This document shows, one piece after another, positions 46,127 through 58,682 of a stretch of 64,000 nucleotides of DNA. Origin of the DNA: Naegleria gruberi. Its lineage: Eukaryota. The stretch lies in assembly GCA_000004985.1 (NCBI GenBank), contig GG738859.1. One strand, written 5' to 3'. The notes beneath the pieces were generated by a model, which was given only the letters and a program-made list of their open reading frames with translations, was not told where the DNA came from and searched no databases. The position numbers were made by a program, and so were the translations under genes. Position 1 is the stretch's first letter; every line of letters starts with the position of its first letter.

Positions 46127-47738
46127 CTATTGCTTGTTAACTCTTCTGAAACAGACTACAAAGAACCCATCTATTATCATAATGTTAAACCACATATGTT
46201 ACAACTACAATACTTACTTGTCTTATCTCTCTTTGGATCAACTCTGACACACTTGTCGCCTACAGGTGAGCTTTCCAATCCTCTATGTTCCCATTCTGGG
46301 AAGGTATGAACAACTTCAAATGCTCCATTCGATGCCTTTAATCCCATCTCTGTGACACATTCATTTTCTTCCTCACAAACTGAGCAGGTAGAGTATGAAA
46401 TAAATTGAACATTAGGGACTGTTTTTGAAATTGTGAATCAATAATTATTACTCATAGAGAAACTTACAATTAAAGCAATGAGTAAGCAATTTGAGCTGGA
46501 ATTGTTGCAAACTGAGAAGACGTTCCTTCTTGATTGAATTTCCGTGACCAATACCACTACCAGAGCATGATGGATCCAACATGATAGCCTTGACATTCTT
46601 GAATTTTGGATCTGATGGATTTGTTTGTAAAAAGTCATCCAATTTACATTCTACGTTGCTAGCTCCAGCCAAAACCATTCTATTCTTCAATGTTTCGTAT
46701 CTATTCTTATTTCTCTCATATGCATAAATTTGATTAGAAGGGAAAAGAGCTGCCAAATAACATGTCTTATTTCCAGGAGCAGAACATGCATCAATTAAAC
46801 AATCATTCTTTCCAAGCTTTCCTCCCAATTCTTTATGAATCAAAAATGGTGGGAAACACGACGATTTATCTTGAGCAATGATTTCATAAGATTTTATCAT
46901 TTCCAAATCATGAAGTGTAACATTGGAAGGATATAATGCAAGTACATCATTAGTCAAGTGGTTATCTTCAACAATTGATTTTTCATTCTTATCAAAATCA
47001 TCAGTTTTATCCAATCCAACTGGTCTATATTCATATCCGAGTTCAGAGAATTTGTTAATTACTTCTTCCTTTGTTGTTTTAAGGGTATTCACTCTAACAT
47101 ATCTAATAAGTTCAATTTCTGGATTATCATGTTGATGTGTCTTTGATTTGGCATATTTTGGATCAACAAAACCTTCATTTGTGGTATATCCTAATTTCTT
47201 CTTTTCCTTATCCAAGAGTGATTTCCAAGTTGCATATTCAGTTCTTCCAAGTTTAAACAAATCACTATTCTAATTTAGCACACTACTAATAACACAATTT
47301 AAAACATACAAATTAATCTTATCATAACGTTTCCACAATTCCTCAATACTAGTAGAGTCACCACTCTTTTCTCCAAACAAGGCTTCAAACATGATAATTC
47401 TGAGCATTCCTTGATCCTTCTTTAAACTTGGTTTCTTTTTAAACAATCCACTCTCAGCAATAATCTTGTCAATAATTTTATGGTCTATTCCGATCATGTG
47501 ATGATATCATATTCAATTATATCAAACAATTATTATTAAAATTAAAACCAATCAGACACTCACATTTTAAAACTTCAATTCCCAAAGCAAAGGTCATTCC
47601 TTTCGACATGATAGAATTATTATTAAATGTTAAAGTTTGAATATTTCCATGTCCGGCCAGACATTTCTGAGTAATTCCCTCAACCTGACGATAGACTTTG
47701 AACAATTGTCCAGGCGACATGCGATTCTTCTTTGGCAT
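46127..47738 (-). CDS. NSUN5: NOL1/NOP2/Sun family rRNA m5C methyltransferase NSUN5 (Rcm1)-like; five exons, approximately 47565..47738, 47310..47484, 46468..47264, 46218..46418, 46127..46170
   Basis: RYVRVNTLKT, DACSAPGNKT, LDPSCSGSG, YSTCSVCEEENE and C-terminal GFFVV all match NSUN5. Introns of 45-80 nt have phase-consistent GT..AG boundaries. The 47264/47310 junction is ambiguous. Confidence 0.75.
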
Positions 47739-48097
47739 TTTGTTTTTTTTCTCAAAGTTTTATTTTACCTTTTTATTTGAACATCATCATGACGAATATT
47801 GAATTCAGTTGATGATTATTTATTATATTTAATTATGAATTGGGAATGGCATAATATTGAGTTGTAATATGGATAATTATTGATAACAATTACTATTATT
47901 AAAAACAAGCTTGTTTAATTTTTCTAATAATTAGATAGCTTTCGGACAACAAGAATGGACATGAATATACCTTTTATTCATCCTCCTAGTCCTCCTTTAT
48001 TCGAACAATCACGTCATTATCACATACAAACCCTTCACCACCATCATCAAATTCTTCCATCACACATATCTTCTTGTTATCAAGAAAAAGAATAAAA

Positions 48098-49353
48098 ATG
48101 AGTGGAACACCAACATTGAGTGAGCTGACGAGAAGTTTAAAATCAACCTCACTCTCTCAACACACCACTCCAAATAATAATGGCAATTTGGACTCTTCAA
48201 CACTATCAACAACATCATCGACCACTTCCATGATGAATGGTAGAGAGGAACATAAATTTCAGAGAATAATTATTATTCATTCAAAGACTGGTGTTTCGAT
48301 ATTTGATTATTGTTTTCCGGGAGCTTGGAATGCCAAGAAGGCAGATATTGGAGGTTTTTTGGCATCTTGTTATCAATTTGATGCAACTGTTAAAGGTGGA
48401 GGTAAGTTTTCATTGTAGTAATAGATCTCTCTTATTTATTATTATCATTAACTACAATCCATTATCATACTTACTTTTAATCACATCTATTATTAACTAT
48501 TATCATTATGAAATTAATTCATAATGTTGGATAATATATATTGTATAATGATGATCTTTTCCATCAATTAGGAATTAGAAAAATAGTATTTCAACCACCA
48601 AGTGAAAGTCAAACATCTTCCCAATCAACAAGTGGTAGAATCATTCGTCAAGCTTCGGGTACATCAACAACAACACCTGGGCTCAATCTTATAGGAGCTA
48701 GTGGAGGAAGCAAATTTAGAACCATTACACCAACACCAACTCTAGGTAATCAAACTGTTACAACTTCAAATCCAACCACACCAACATCACATCATTCAAA
48801 AACAAACAGTGCCAGTAGCATGAATATTCTATCAGGATTTAATACAATTAGAAGACGAAGTGTTCATCATCGTTCAAAACGTAATAGAAGAGCATGTCTG
48901 AATTTAAGTGATCCTATGGGTTCTAATTCTTCGAATTTAATGTACATAGTTTTTGGTCATCCAAATGATCCCATCTCTCCAACTCTCTCCAGTAGTAATT
49001 CATCAAGCCATGTAAATAATTCACAAACTTCTATAGATCCAGTGTGTCTGTGTGCAGTTTGTTTTGAAGGAGGTTCAGATGAATTGTGGACAGAAATTAC
49101 TAAAGCATTTGCTTGTGAATGTGTGAGAGAATTCTGTACACTTTACAAGGATATATTGGAAAAGCACAAGAAGAATTTTGAAAAACTCAAATCAGAAGCT
49201 AACAGAGATGATGAACTCGAAAGACAAATTGTGGAGGAATTTCAAATATATGAAGTAATAATGAACAAGACCAAACAAAAAGTATTGGATGCCTTCTCAT
49301 CTCGTATTGCAGAATCAGTCAAATTACAAAATAGCAAATTTAGTGACATGTAA
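48098..49353 (+). CDS. hypothetical S/T-rich protein with Cys-rich C-terminal region; exons 48098..48401 and 48572..49353
   Basis: Donor GTAAGT at 48402 and acceptor ...caattag at 48571 join the two ORFs in phase. No family recognised. Confidence 0.45.
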
Positions 49354-49365
49354 CTTATATTTAAT

Positions 49366-50988
49366 TTATTTAACACTATGGTATTTCAAGATGAATTGAG
49401 AAACTCTAGCTTTGTTTTCCAACTTTTTACGGTAGGCAATTAACAAATCTACCAAATCTTCAGCATCAGTATCAGATTGATCAGGCAGTAGTTTTCTCTT
49501 CTCTTTCTCGTAAAATCTAATTTCCCTTTCTGTATATTCCTTCATTATCAAACTGCTGAAATTTGAATAAATCTGATTAATGCTTTGTGCGTCATTCAAT
49601 GCAATTATTCCATAAATTCTATTAATGATATTATTGTCAGATCCACAGGAAAGATACATTTCACTATTGCTCTTTTTGATTTCTAAAAGGGTTTGTTTGG
49701 GAATGAGTTGTGAGATTGGATAATCCTTCATTTTCGAATTGAATAATAACCATGGAAAGAGTAAATTCTTTCTATCAATAGGAGGTGTATATTTCGTACT
49801 AGTGTTCGAATAATCAAGCCATGGAATAAAATAGTGGCGAGACAAATGGCCAATACTTTCGAGAGTGAGAGGAATATTTGGTGGGTTTGTTACAATTTTG
49901 GGATAGGTTGCATGCCTTATTCGAGATGGAATTTCACTGAATTGATCCAGATTATCTATTTCTTGTTGAACGATGACATAGTCAACTGCTCTAAGATATT
50001 TTAAATATTGCTCTTTGAAAGTTTGGGAAAATAGAGGATGAAATTCTTTTTTCACTTTCTTCTTTTTTTCCTTAAGGCTGAGGAGTCTCCTTATTTCATA
50101 CAGAACCATGTCAATGGTGAGTGTAATTTGTTCATCCTCTCCGCATAATTGTCTATAGAAATCATTGGCTTGTTCCTCTGTTTGAATATATCCAAACGTC
50201 GCCTCTTTTAAATTATCGGAAAGAGATTTTTCATTGAGAAACGGTCTCAATGGCCCTTGGAGTAGATTCTGAACGAATGGTTTTACATCCTCCTGAATTC
50301 TCAAATGAAAAGAAGATATCATTGCCTTACTTCTTGCAATATTTCGTTCTCTCCTCAACGGGTCAATATGCTCAGAATTTTCCACTCGGAGTGGTAACTC
50401 TGTATCCTCACTCGAAAAACATTCAAATCCCTCATCATCCTTTTCAATGTGTAAATTTTCATTCTTATGTTTGTAAAATGTGTTAAATTTTGGCAAATAG
50501 AGAGGGACATATTCAGAGGAATTTTCGTCATTCATCGAAATTTGATTAGAATCAACATTAGATTTTCCCTTCCTCGTTTTCTTTCCCTTGAATGGTTCTA
50601 CAAATTCCTGATTAAATATAAAATCTTCCAATTCTTCCCAATTATTCTTCTCATTCCCTCCTCCCAAATTATAATTTCCATTATTATTCATTACATTTGT
50701 TTGTTCCGAGAAAATTCTACTTTGAAACTTGGCAATCCGTTCATCATACAAAAACGAAATTAAATTATCAATTCTCTCCTCTTGCAACTTTTCCATTTCA
50801 TCACTATTATTTACTTTATTTGCCTTATCATTATTACTAATATTATTATCATTATTAATATCGAAAAGAGAATCAACGAGAAATTTCGGAAGAATTTGTT
50901 CTAATCGTAATCTGTGTGCAGAAGACAACGTTCCGGATATCATTTCATTTTTTCTTATTGTTTTTTGTAATCTAATCCAAAAACTCAA
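49366..50988 (-). CDS. hypothetical 540 aa protein
   Basis: Long single ORF with coding-like composition. No family recognised. Confidence 0.45.
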   Translation of the reverse strand: MSFWIRLQKTIRKNEMISGTLSSAHRLRLEQILPKFLVDSLFDINNDNNISNNDKANKVNNSDEMEKLQEERIDNLISFLYDERIAKFQSRIFSEQTNVMNNNGNYNLGGGNEKNNWEELEDFIFNQEFVEPFKGKKTRKGKSNVDSNQISMNDENSSEYVPLYLPKFNTFYKHKNENLHIEKDDEGFECFSSEDTELPLRVENSEHIDPLRRERNIARSKAMISSFHLRIQEDVKPFVQNLLQGPLRPFLNEKSLSDNLKEATFGYIQTEEQANDFYRQLCGEDEQITLTIDMVLYEIRRLLSLKEKKKKVKKEFHPLFSQTFKEQYLKYLRAVDYVIVQQEIDNLDQFSEIPSRIRHATYPKIVTNPPNIPLTLESIGHLSRHYFIPWLDYSNTSTKYTPPIDRKNLLFPWLLFNSKMKDYPISQLIPKQTLLEIKKSNSEMYLSCGSDNNIINRIYGIIALNDAQSINQIYSNFSSLIMKEYTEREIRFYEKEKRKLLPDQSDTDAEDLVDLLIAYRKKLENKARVSQFILKYHSVK

Positions 50989-51032
50989 ACAACCATATGA
51001 TATTCTTTTCTCTCAAATAATACTAACAACTA

Positions 51033-52219
51033 TTGAAATATGATGAAGTTGGAACACAAACGAATTCTCAACCAATTGAAAACAAATATCCTAAAAAAAT
51101 GTTACAATGCTTTACTGATTGCGCTCAAAATAATTCATCATCATCAAATAATAATTCGGTGGACAAGAACAGTAAATATCAAGAGGATATTGAATTTTCC
51201 AAACAAGAGCTGAATCATGGAATTGAAGTTCTTGCAGAGAAGATTCGGAATATTGATGATCATTCGATTGTGGTTTTGACTGGAGCTGGTAGGTATTATT
51301 TATGATTTTAAATTGTTTCATGTTGGCTGACAATGGATGATTGGATTAGGATTGTCGACTGCTAGTGGAATTCCAGATTTTAGGTAAGTTTCGGGTAATT
51401 GTTTTTGAAATAATTAAGAAATGTAGAACTCCTGGAAAGGGATTGTTTGTGAATGGAAGTTTAGAGAAATTTAATCTTCCTGATCCAATGGCTATATTCG
51501 ATTCTGATTATTTTCAAACTAATCCTGAACCATTCTTTGAATTAACCAGAGATTTCGTCACCACAGGATATAAACCATCCAAAGCTCACTATTTCCTCAA
51601 GTTATTAGAAAAGAAAAACAAGTTACTGAGATTATACACTCAAAATATCGATGGATTAGAAACTAAATCAGGAATATCTAAAGAATTACTTGTGAATTGT
51701 CATGGCATGTATGATACAGCCAAATGCCAACATTGTAAAAAGGAATATCTTCTTCCAACAGTGATTGAAAAACTGGGAACTGACAAGGATGTCAAAATTC
51801 CAAAATGTGACGATTGTGGAAATGTAATCAAGCCAGATATTGTGATGTATTCAGATGATTTACCAGAAAAATACTTTTCATGTTTAAAAGATGATTTGAA
51901 AACAACTCCTAAATGTCAACTCTTCATTTGTATTGGAACTAGTTTATCTGTCATGCCAGTCTGTCGAATGCCATACTTTATACCAGAAGGAGCCACTCGA
52001 GTTTTAATCAATCGTGAAAGATGTGGTGTTTTTACACATATCAAATCACCAGTGAGAGAAATTCATGAAAAGCACAAACATTTAGATTTATTTCTTGGTG
52101 GGAAAACAATGACAATTGACCAGGCTATTGAAAAATTAGCAAAAGCTTTGGGGTGGAAATCTGAATTGAATGCTCTTGTAAAGAAAGGACCTATCGATTT
52201 ATTAAAACAATCTCAATAG
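51033..52219 (+). CDS. NAD-dependent deacetylase, SIRT2-like sirtuin; exons 51033..51288, 51350..51383 (34-nt micro-exon) and 51427..52219
   Basis: GAG|GLSTASGIPDFR is split over a 34-nt micro-exon. Further matches are TQNIDGLE, a CxxC...CxxC zinc module, GTSLSV and a C-terminal AKALGWKSELNALV resembling SIRT2. The start may instead be the internal Met at about 51099. Confidence 0.8.
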
Positions 52220-52431
52220 ATTTTATTGTAAACATCAAACTCTAAGAAACCAAGCAATAAAAATCTCTCTCTTTTCAAAAACATTCACAACAATACATGT
52301 CGAAAAGCAGAAAAGGTCTTGATAAGCAGAAAACTTCATTCGAGAGACAATATTAACTCCACTTCATCATCATCAGTAACAATTTTTTATTAAGAAGAAT
52401 TTCAATGATGGAAATTTACAGTTAGAAAAAA

Positions 52432-54648
52432 ATGTCTCGAAAGACACCCAACAGTAAACAACAACAGAAGAAGGTTACGTTCAAGGTTGATGAACATAAT
52501 ACTCCCGAGTCTGTTTTGGTTGAATATATTAAAGTGGGGCAAACTGAGGATATTGAGCAATTGTTTAAGGACTTTTTGATTGATCCTAACTTGCCAATCT
52601 ATGATAAGAATGCTCCTCCTCCATCGGAAAATGATGAACAACAGCCACCGACTAAGGTTGTTAGTGATTATCCATTCCTGTTGGCTACAAGGTTGGGATT
52701 TGTTGATGTTGTTAATATACTTGTAAAGAATAGGGCAAATATAAATATTAGATTGAATGGAGATAATGCCTTCCACATTGCAGTTTTAAATAATGATGAA
52801 CCAATGCTAAAGGCTTTGTTTGAAGTGGAGGCACCCCATCAAATCAAAAAGGGAGCTATGAAAAGAATTGACATTGATTGTGAGAATGATAAGGGATTCA
52901 GACCAATTGATATTGCAATTCAAAACAATAATGCTAGTGTAGTGAGGATTCTGTTGGAAGCAGGGGCTGATTTTGATTTTGATGAGTTAGGGCATGATGA
53001 TCACACTCTCCTCCATCAATCGGCAATAGATGGTGATATTAAGAGATTTAACTTTTTATTGGAATTGAAACAATCACCATACAAGAAGGATGTTAAAAAT
53101 GGAAAGAACATTTTGCACTATGCTGTACTGCATAACAGGAAGGAATTTATTGAGCATTATTCAAAATTGAAATTGGACGAAAACTTAATTTATGGAGAGG
53201 ATATGATGAGAATGACTGCTGTACATGAAGCATGTTTAGCTGATAATTGGGATATTGTCAAGCTATTGACAACAAAATTCAACTTTGACATTAATATGAT
53301 ATTCACTGATAGTATGGCTCTATTGCACAGATTTACCTATTTAAAGAAGCTCGATATTTGTGAAAAAATTATTGGTTTGAAAGCTAAAGTAAACGGAGTG
53401 GACAAGTACGGTAATACACCATTGCATTGGGCTTGTAGTTCAGGTTCTTTGGAAATGGTCAAGTATTATATTGATAAGAAGCTGCCTATCACTGATGTCA
53501 ACAATTTGGGAAATACACCTCTTCATATTGTGTCTCATCTAGGATTTTTTGAGATTGCTGAATTCTTAGCAACTGACAAAAAGATCAATGTGAATGTACT
53601 TAATAAGGAAAATAGAACGCCTCTAATGGAGGCTGTTTCAAAGGGTCACATCAAAGTTGCAGAGCTATTGATGATGAAGGGAGCAAATATTACATTAGAA
53701 GATTCAAAAGGTATGACTCCCCTTCAACTAGCCCTCAATGACAGACAAGAGTCTTGTTGTATCCTTCTCGTTACCAAAGGCGCAGTTGTAAATAGAAAAT
53801 TCGTTCCGTTCATGAGGGAGGCAAGTTTGAGCGACATTAAACAGTACATGTTCCACAACACTGAAGAATGTGCGACTCTATCCAATTACGAGCAAACAAT
53901 GGAGAAACTGAAGCAAGCAGATCCAGGTTTCAAAACAATTTTCCAACAAGCTGTTGCTTACAATATGACCTCCCTTGTTAGAGAAATGGTTAAGAAACAT
54001 GAATGTCCTCTAGACGAAATTGATGTGAATGGCTATACACCACTCATGAATGCTGTCAGAAATCAGAATAGAGAAATTGTAAAAATACTCACAGCTGCAG
54101 GAGCTAATGTACATTATCATGAACCAGTGTGTGGAATTACACCACTGATTCTCTCTACCAAGCTAGGAAATTTAGATATTTGCTCTCACTTAATTCACGA
54201 CTGCAAGGTTCCAACAACTGATGTTGATGAATGCTCTAAGAAAACAGCTCTTCATTATGCATGTAAAGTTGGCAATACAGAAATAGCGAGATTGCTCCTT
54301 ATTAATGGCTCTAAGGTGGACCAAGCTGATTCCCATTCTAGAACTCCTCTCTTTGAGGCTTGTGAGAGTGGTTATCCATCCGTTTGTGAATTGCTATTGA
54401 ATAATGATTCAGATATTGAACATAGAGACAAGGAAGGATTCACCTGTGTTCACATGTGTTGTTTCAGTGGACAAGTCGAATGCTTACAGGTCCTTATTGA
54501 TTATGGAGCCAATTTAAATTCTAAAGACAATGCAGGAAGAACTCCGTTAATAGTGTCTTCTCAAAGTGGGCATACCCTATGTGGCAGATCACTGGTGCAA
54601 GCTACAGCAAGAAAAAACATGATCCAACAACAAGCTTTTTTTGATTAA
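52432..54648 (+). CDS. ankyrin-repeat protein (about 20 ANK repeats)
   Basis: Repeated G.TPLH.A...G/H....LL..GA motifs throughout the 738 aa ORF. Confidence 0.8.
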   Translation: MSRKTPNSKQQQKKVTFKVDEHNTPESVLVEYIKVGQTEDIEQLFKDFLIDPNLPIYDKNAPPPSENDEQQPPTKVVSDYPFLLATRLGFVDVVNILVKNRANINIRLNGDNAFHIAVLNNDEPMLKALFEVEAPHQIKKGAMKRIDIDCENDKGFRPIDIAIQNNNASVVRILLEAGADFDFDELGHDDHTLLHQSAIDGDIKRFNFLLELKQSPYKKDVKNGKNILHYAVLHNRKEFIEHYSKLKLDENLIYGEDMMRMTAVHEACLADNWDIVKLLTTKFNFDINMIFTDSMALLHRFTYLKKLDICEKIIGLKAKVNGVDKYGNTPLHWACSSGSLEMVKYYIDKKLPITDVNNLGNTPLHIVSHLGFFEIAEFLATDKKINVNVLNKENRTPLMEAVSKGHIKVAELLMMKGANITLEDSKGMTPLQLALNDRQESCCILLVTKGAVVNRKFVPFMREASLSDIKQYMFHNTEECATLSNYEQTMEKLKQADPGFKTIFQQAVAYNMTSLVREMVKKHECPLDEIDVNGYTPLMNAVRNQNREIVKILTAAGANVHYHEPVCGITPLILSTKLGNLDICSHLIHDCKVPTTDVDECSKKTALHYACKVGNTEIARLLLINGSKVDQADSHSRTPLFEACESGYPSVCELLLNNDSDIEHRDKEGFTCVHMCCFSGQVECLQVLIDYGANLNSKDNAGRTPLIVSSQSGHTLCGRSLVQATARKNMIQQQAFFD

Positions 54649-54939
54649 AGAGTAACATTTTTAAATAAGGAAATGACTTGGATTTTAACCTTAAAGATAA
54701 AAAAATTTACAGTCACATATAATTTTTTCAATTCACACTTATCGACTGCAAGGTTCCAACAACTGGAATGATGAATGCTCTTCCCCATATGCAACACCAC
54801 ATATCAACATGTAGCTTTTCCTTCACAAATCACCGACATTCATTTGTCTTCGCGTTTCCAAGTTCACCTCAAGTCCGCCTTTGGGACGGTTTAATCCTAC
54901 ATCACTGATAAAAATAAAAATAAAATTAATAAAAAAAAT

Positions 54940-56687
54940 ATGTCTAACACTACCCAACGTTTAAAGTCTAGAGGAACTTCATTCCTTAGACAAATGAAGG
55001 ATATTGGAACGCTAGCCGTTTCATCATTTGATGATGTAAAGAAGAGTTTAGCAAAAGCAACAAATCAAGACCCTGTACCACCAAAGGAAAAACACGTAAA
55101 GAGTAAGTAGTATAGTAAAATCCTTGCTAACAACATGATGATTTTACAATGATGGTGGTTTATTGTGGTTGTTTAACTAAAATCAATGTAATGATGATGA
55201 TAATAATGAATATTTGTTGGATCTTTAGAATTGATTATTGCTACGGAAACAAATCGTGAACTTAATATGGCGGAATTTGCAAAGGCAGTTTGTAGAGTTT
55301 ATAGAAAGAGTAGTGATTGGCTTACTGCATCAAAAGGATTGCAATTACTTCATAGAATTATTCAAGATGGTTCTGCAGAATTCTGTGATGCAATTGTTCA
55401 AAACGATCCTGAAAAACGTTTCAACATGAGTAAATTCAAGGACAGAAACACTAGTGAAGCAATGGACCAAACTCCATTGGTTAAACAATATTGTAGATAC
55501 TTAGAAGAAAGACTTATCATATATCGTATTTATCAACTCAAGTCACTCCTCCCAGATATGACATTGGATGCCTATGTTACTACGGGTGACATTACTGGAT
55601 GGTTGGATTTGACAGAAAGTTTACTGAGAGCAAGCAATGAACTTGTGGAGTGTTTCGAAATTGTTAGAGCTAAAAAGTCTGTGCTCGGCAATGGAGCTGC
55701 CATTGGATGTTTTACTTTGTGTTTGGATGACAGTTTCGTTTTATACAAATTGTTGGGTGTTTGTGCTACTAAAATTTTGGGTATGTTTTATTTTTGTAAA
55801 TGGATAACGGTTAATTAACATTTTTAGATGAATTTTACAAGGTCTCCATAGTTGATGCTAAGAGAGCTCTCAAAGTTTATGAAAAGTATTGTGAAAGTGC
55901 CAAGCGTCTCGAAAGTATGTTTGAATTCAGTAAGAGTGTACCACAAATCTTCCTCAAGGCTAAACCACCATCCCTCAAATTCAAACCAGAGAGTGTTATT
56001 GAACCAATGAGAGAATATCTTCAATCTAATGGAGGATCTAAAAAGAAACTTGCAATGGAGGATGTTCCAGTAACAGAATTATCATCAATTCTTTCAAAGA
56101 ATGAAATTGATCTCATCAAGGTTTCTTCAGATTTTGACGAAGCACCAAACGGGGGAAGAACAAGTCGTTCATCTAGCATTAAACAAAGAAAGTCTTCAAT
56201 TCTCAGCTCTGAAGAAAAGCCAAAGCCTTCACCATCTAAACCTGCCGTTGATTTGGATGATTTACTTTCATTTGATGCTCCCCCTGCCACCAATATTCCT
56301 CATTCTAACAATGGATTCAATCAACCTACAATCAATCAACCTTCCCGTCAAGATGCTGCCCTTAACATTTTGAGTCAATTCGATCAACCAACCAACAACA
56401 ATTATGGATATGGAAATAATAATCAAATGTGGAACAATAATCAATATGGTGCTAACAACAATCAATATGGAAACCAACCACAATACGGAAATAATCAATG
56501 GAACAATGGAAACCAACAACAATACGGTAACAATCAATATGGAAATCAACCATATGGTAACAATAATGGCTACCAAAATAATAATCCATACTCAAATCCA
56601 TACGGAAACAATCCTTATGGAAATAGTAATCCTTATTCTCAACAGCAACAACCTAACAATAATAACAGCAATAATCCATACTTCTAA
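54940..56687 (+). CDS. ANTH-domain clathrin assembly protein (AP180/CALM/Yap180-like) with Q/N/Y-rich C-terminal tail; exons 54940..55102, 55229..55780 and 55828..56687
   Basis: KATNQDPVPPKEKHVK|LIIATE...AKAVCRVYR...LLHRIIQDGS matches the ANTH N-terminus. The two introns (GTAAGT..TTTAG and GTATGT..TTTAG) are in phase. Confidence 0.8.
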
Positions 56688-56743
56688 GAAACCAACAAAA
56701 TAAAATAATTTTTTGATTAGATAATGATTCCAATAAGAATTAT

Positions 56744-57955
56744 TTACTGATTAGACATGTAAAAATTTACAAAATCCATAGTGTACAGACTAGTTCTGTA
56801 TGCAAAAACACTGAGATTATCAGGATTTTCAATCCTCAATTTTTTGAAATCCTCATCCTTTAAGAAAAGTTGTCCATCTCCTTCGCCTTGCTCTTTGTAC
56901 AGAGCTATCATCTTTTTCAGTTTGTACTTGTCTTCAAAGGCCCGTGCTAGTACAAATGTATTTCCATTATAATTTACACAATCGGCTGGTTTGAGTTTGA
57001 ACACAGTTTTGGATCTAGATTTTACAATTGGGCGAGGAGAGGCTCCACTGTCACTAGGCGTACCTGGAGGAGTTGGAGTACCTGTTGGATCTGATTGGTC
57101 TGATGAGCTAGAGGCTGTTGATTCTGAGGATTTTCTCTTCTTGGCCTTATTTGGTCTGTCTATTACTTGAGGAGAGTCCATCTCAGGTCGCTTGATCAAC
57201 TTGGTTTGTAGTGGTGGTGGAGGTGTTGCTGGAGGTGTCATTTGTGGATTAGTTTGTCTATTTGGTCTTGGACTAGCCTGTTGTTGTTCAACATAGGTTG
57301 AGGAAGTCGAAGGGTTTTGTTGGGCAAATGCATTGGAGGATAAATGTGGCGACATTCGTTGTCTGAGAGTATGTTCATACCTCTCAATTTGTTTCACCAT
57401 TTCTGAGAGTTGGAGTTGTAATTTGGTAATTTTTTCATTCTTCTTATTTACAATTTCTTGCAATTTCTTGTTTGATTTGGTTAATGTTTCAATTCTTTCC
57501 TCATGTCTGACTACTTGAGCGTATAAAATCTTTCCAAAACTATCCATACTCTTAGAGAATGCACTAGTTGTCTGCTCACTAGCTAATTGAATATCCTCAT
57601 CATTAACTGTGTTTTCTGATGATTCACCCTCAAAAAATGATTTAATTTCCTCATTGTACTTTTGCTCCATTTCTTCAATTTCTTGTTGAGTGAGTATTTT
57701 ATGTTGTTGAGATTGTTCTGTTTGTTGTTGATCCAATCCTTCTTGCTGTTCTTCGATTTCTTCTTGTTCCTCTTCAGAGTTTAGTTTCTCTTGTTCCAAA
57801 CTTCGCATATAATAACTATTATCCTCCAGTGAATTCTTAGCACTTAGATGACTAATGGCTGAAATGTTCAAATCGTCCTCATCATCAGCCATCATTTCAT
57901 CATTGTTATCATCATTTTCCGCATCAGACATTTCATCCTCAATAACTTCTCCCAA
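56744..57955 (-). CDS. acidic coiled-coil protein with conserved-looking C-terminal domain; exon probably extends 5' to 58111
   Basis: 403 aa ORF. The frame stays open upstream of the Met to an AG acceptor at 58112. The first exon was not found. Confidence 0.45.
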   Translation of the reverse strand: MGEVIEDEMSDAENDDNNDEMMADDEDDLNISAISHLSAKNSLEDNSYYMRSLEQEKLNSEEEQEEIEEQQEGLDQQQTEQSQQHKILTQQEIEEMEQKYNEEIKSFFEGESSENTVNDEDIQLASEQTTSAFSKSMDSFGKILYAQVVRHEERIETLTKSNKKLQEIVNKKNEKITKLQLQLSEMVKQIERYEHTLRQRMSPHLSSNAFAQQNPSTSSTYVEQQQASPRPNRQTNPQMTPPATPPPPLQTKLIKRPEMDSPQVIDRPNKAKKRKSSESTASSSSDQSDPTGTPTPPGTPSDSGASPRPIVKSRSKTVFKLKPADCVNYNGNTFVLARAFEDKYKLKKMIALYKEQGEGDGQLFLKDEDFKKLRIENPDNLSVFAYRTSLYTMDFVNFYMSNQ

Positions 57956-58682
57956 TTCTCCTCCATCTTGTTGCTTCTCGGAGGCTTCTTCAACTTTATC
58001 AACAATATTTTGTATTGCTGTTGTTATTTCCTCCTTACTTTCTATTTGTCCATTCGGATTCTCTTCGTCTTGTGGTTGAGTAGGAATAATACTTTCATGA
58101 TCAGAGGAATTCTATTCATCAACACACCAATATCAATTCATACATTAAATATCAACGTAGTAATTATTAAAATCGAACAACATTTTCCAATTTTGTTAAT
58201 TTTTTCTTCTGTAAAATACAAACCTCCATTTTGGCGGGAAAGTTTTCAAGTTCTTGCAAATTGCAGAGAAAAGTATTCAGATGTGATGATTAATTTCGGA
58301 TAGAGTGGTATAATTGTAATAAAAAGTATGAAAATGGCTAATGATGATTTCAAGTTGTTGATGATGATAAGTTTCGGAAAGTTCGTGAAATGTTATTAGA
58401 AAGTAAATTAAATTACTTGCTTGATGCCTCTAAAACTTACCCTAGTAGTAATTTTACAAGTAGTGTTAATAAAGCAGAAGTGTATGTGCAAGGTTTCTCC
58501 CACTTTATTTTTAAACAGCCTTGATGATGTAAAGGTTGTCAAAAGTCTTATTTTTTTAATTTTTTTTTAACCACCCCAAACAATGTAAATCTACTTCCGC
58601 ATGGTGCTTGTGAATCCCTTGCAATGACGACAATAAGACTAAAATCAGATCCTCCATTCAAATGAAGATGTGTTATTGTCTT

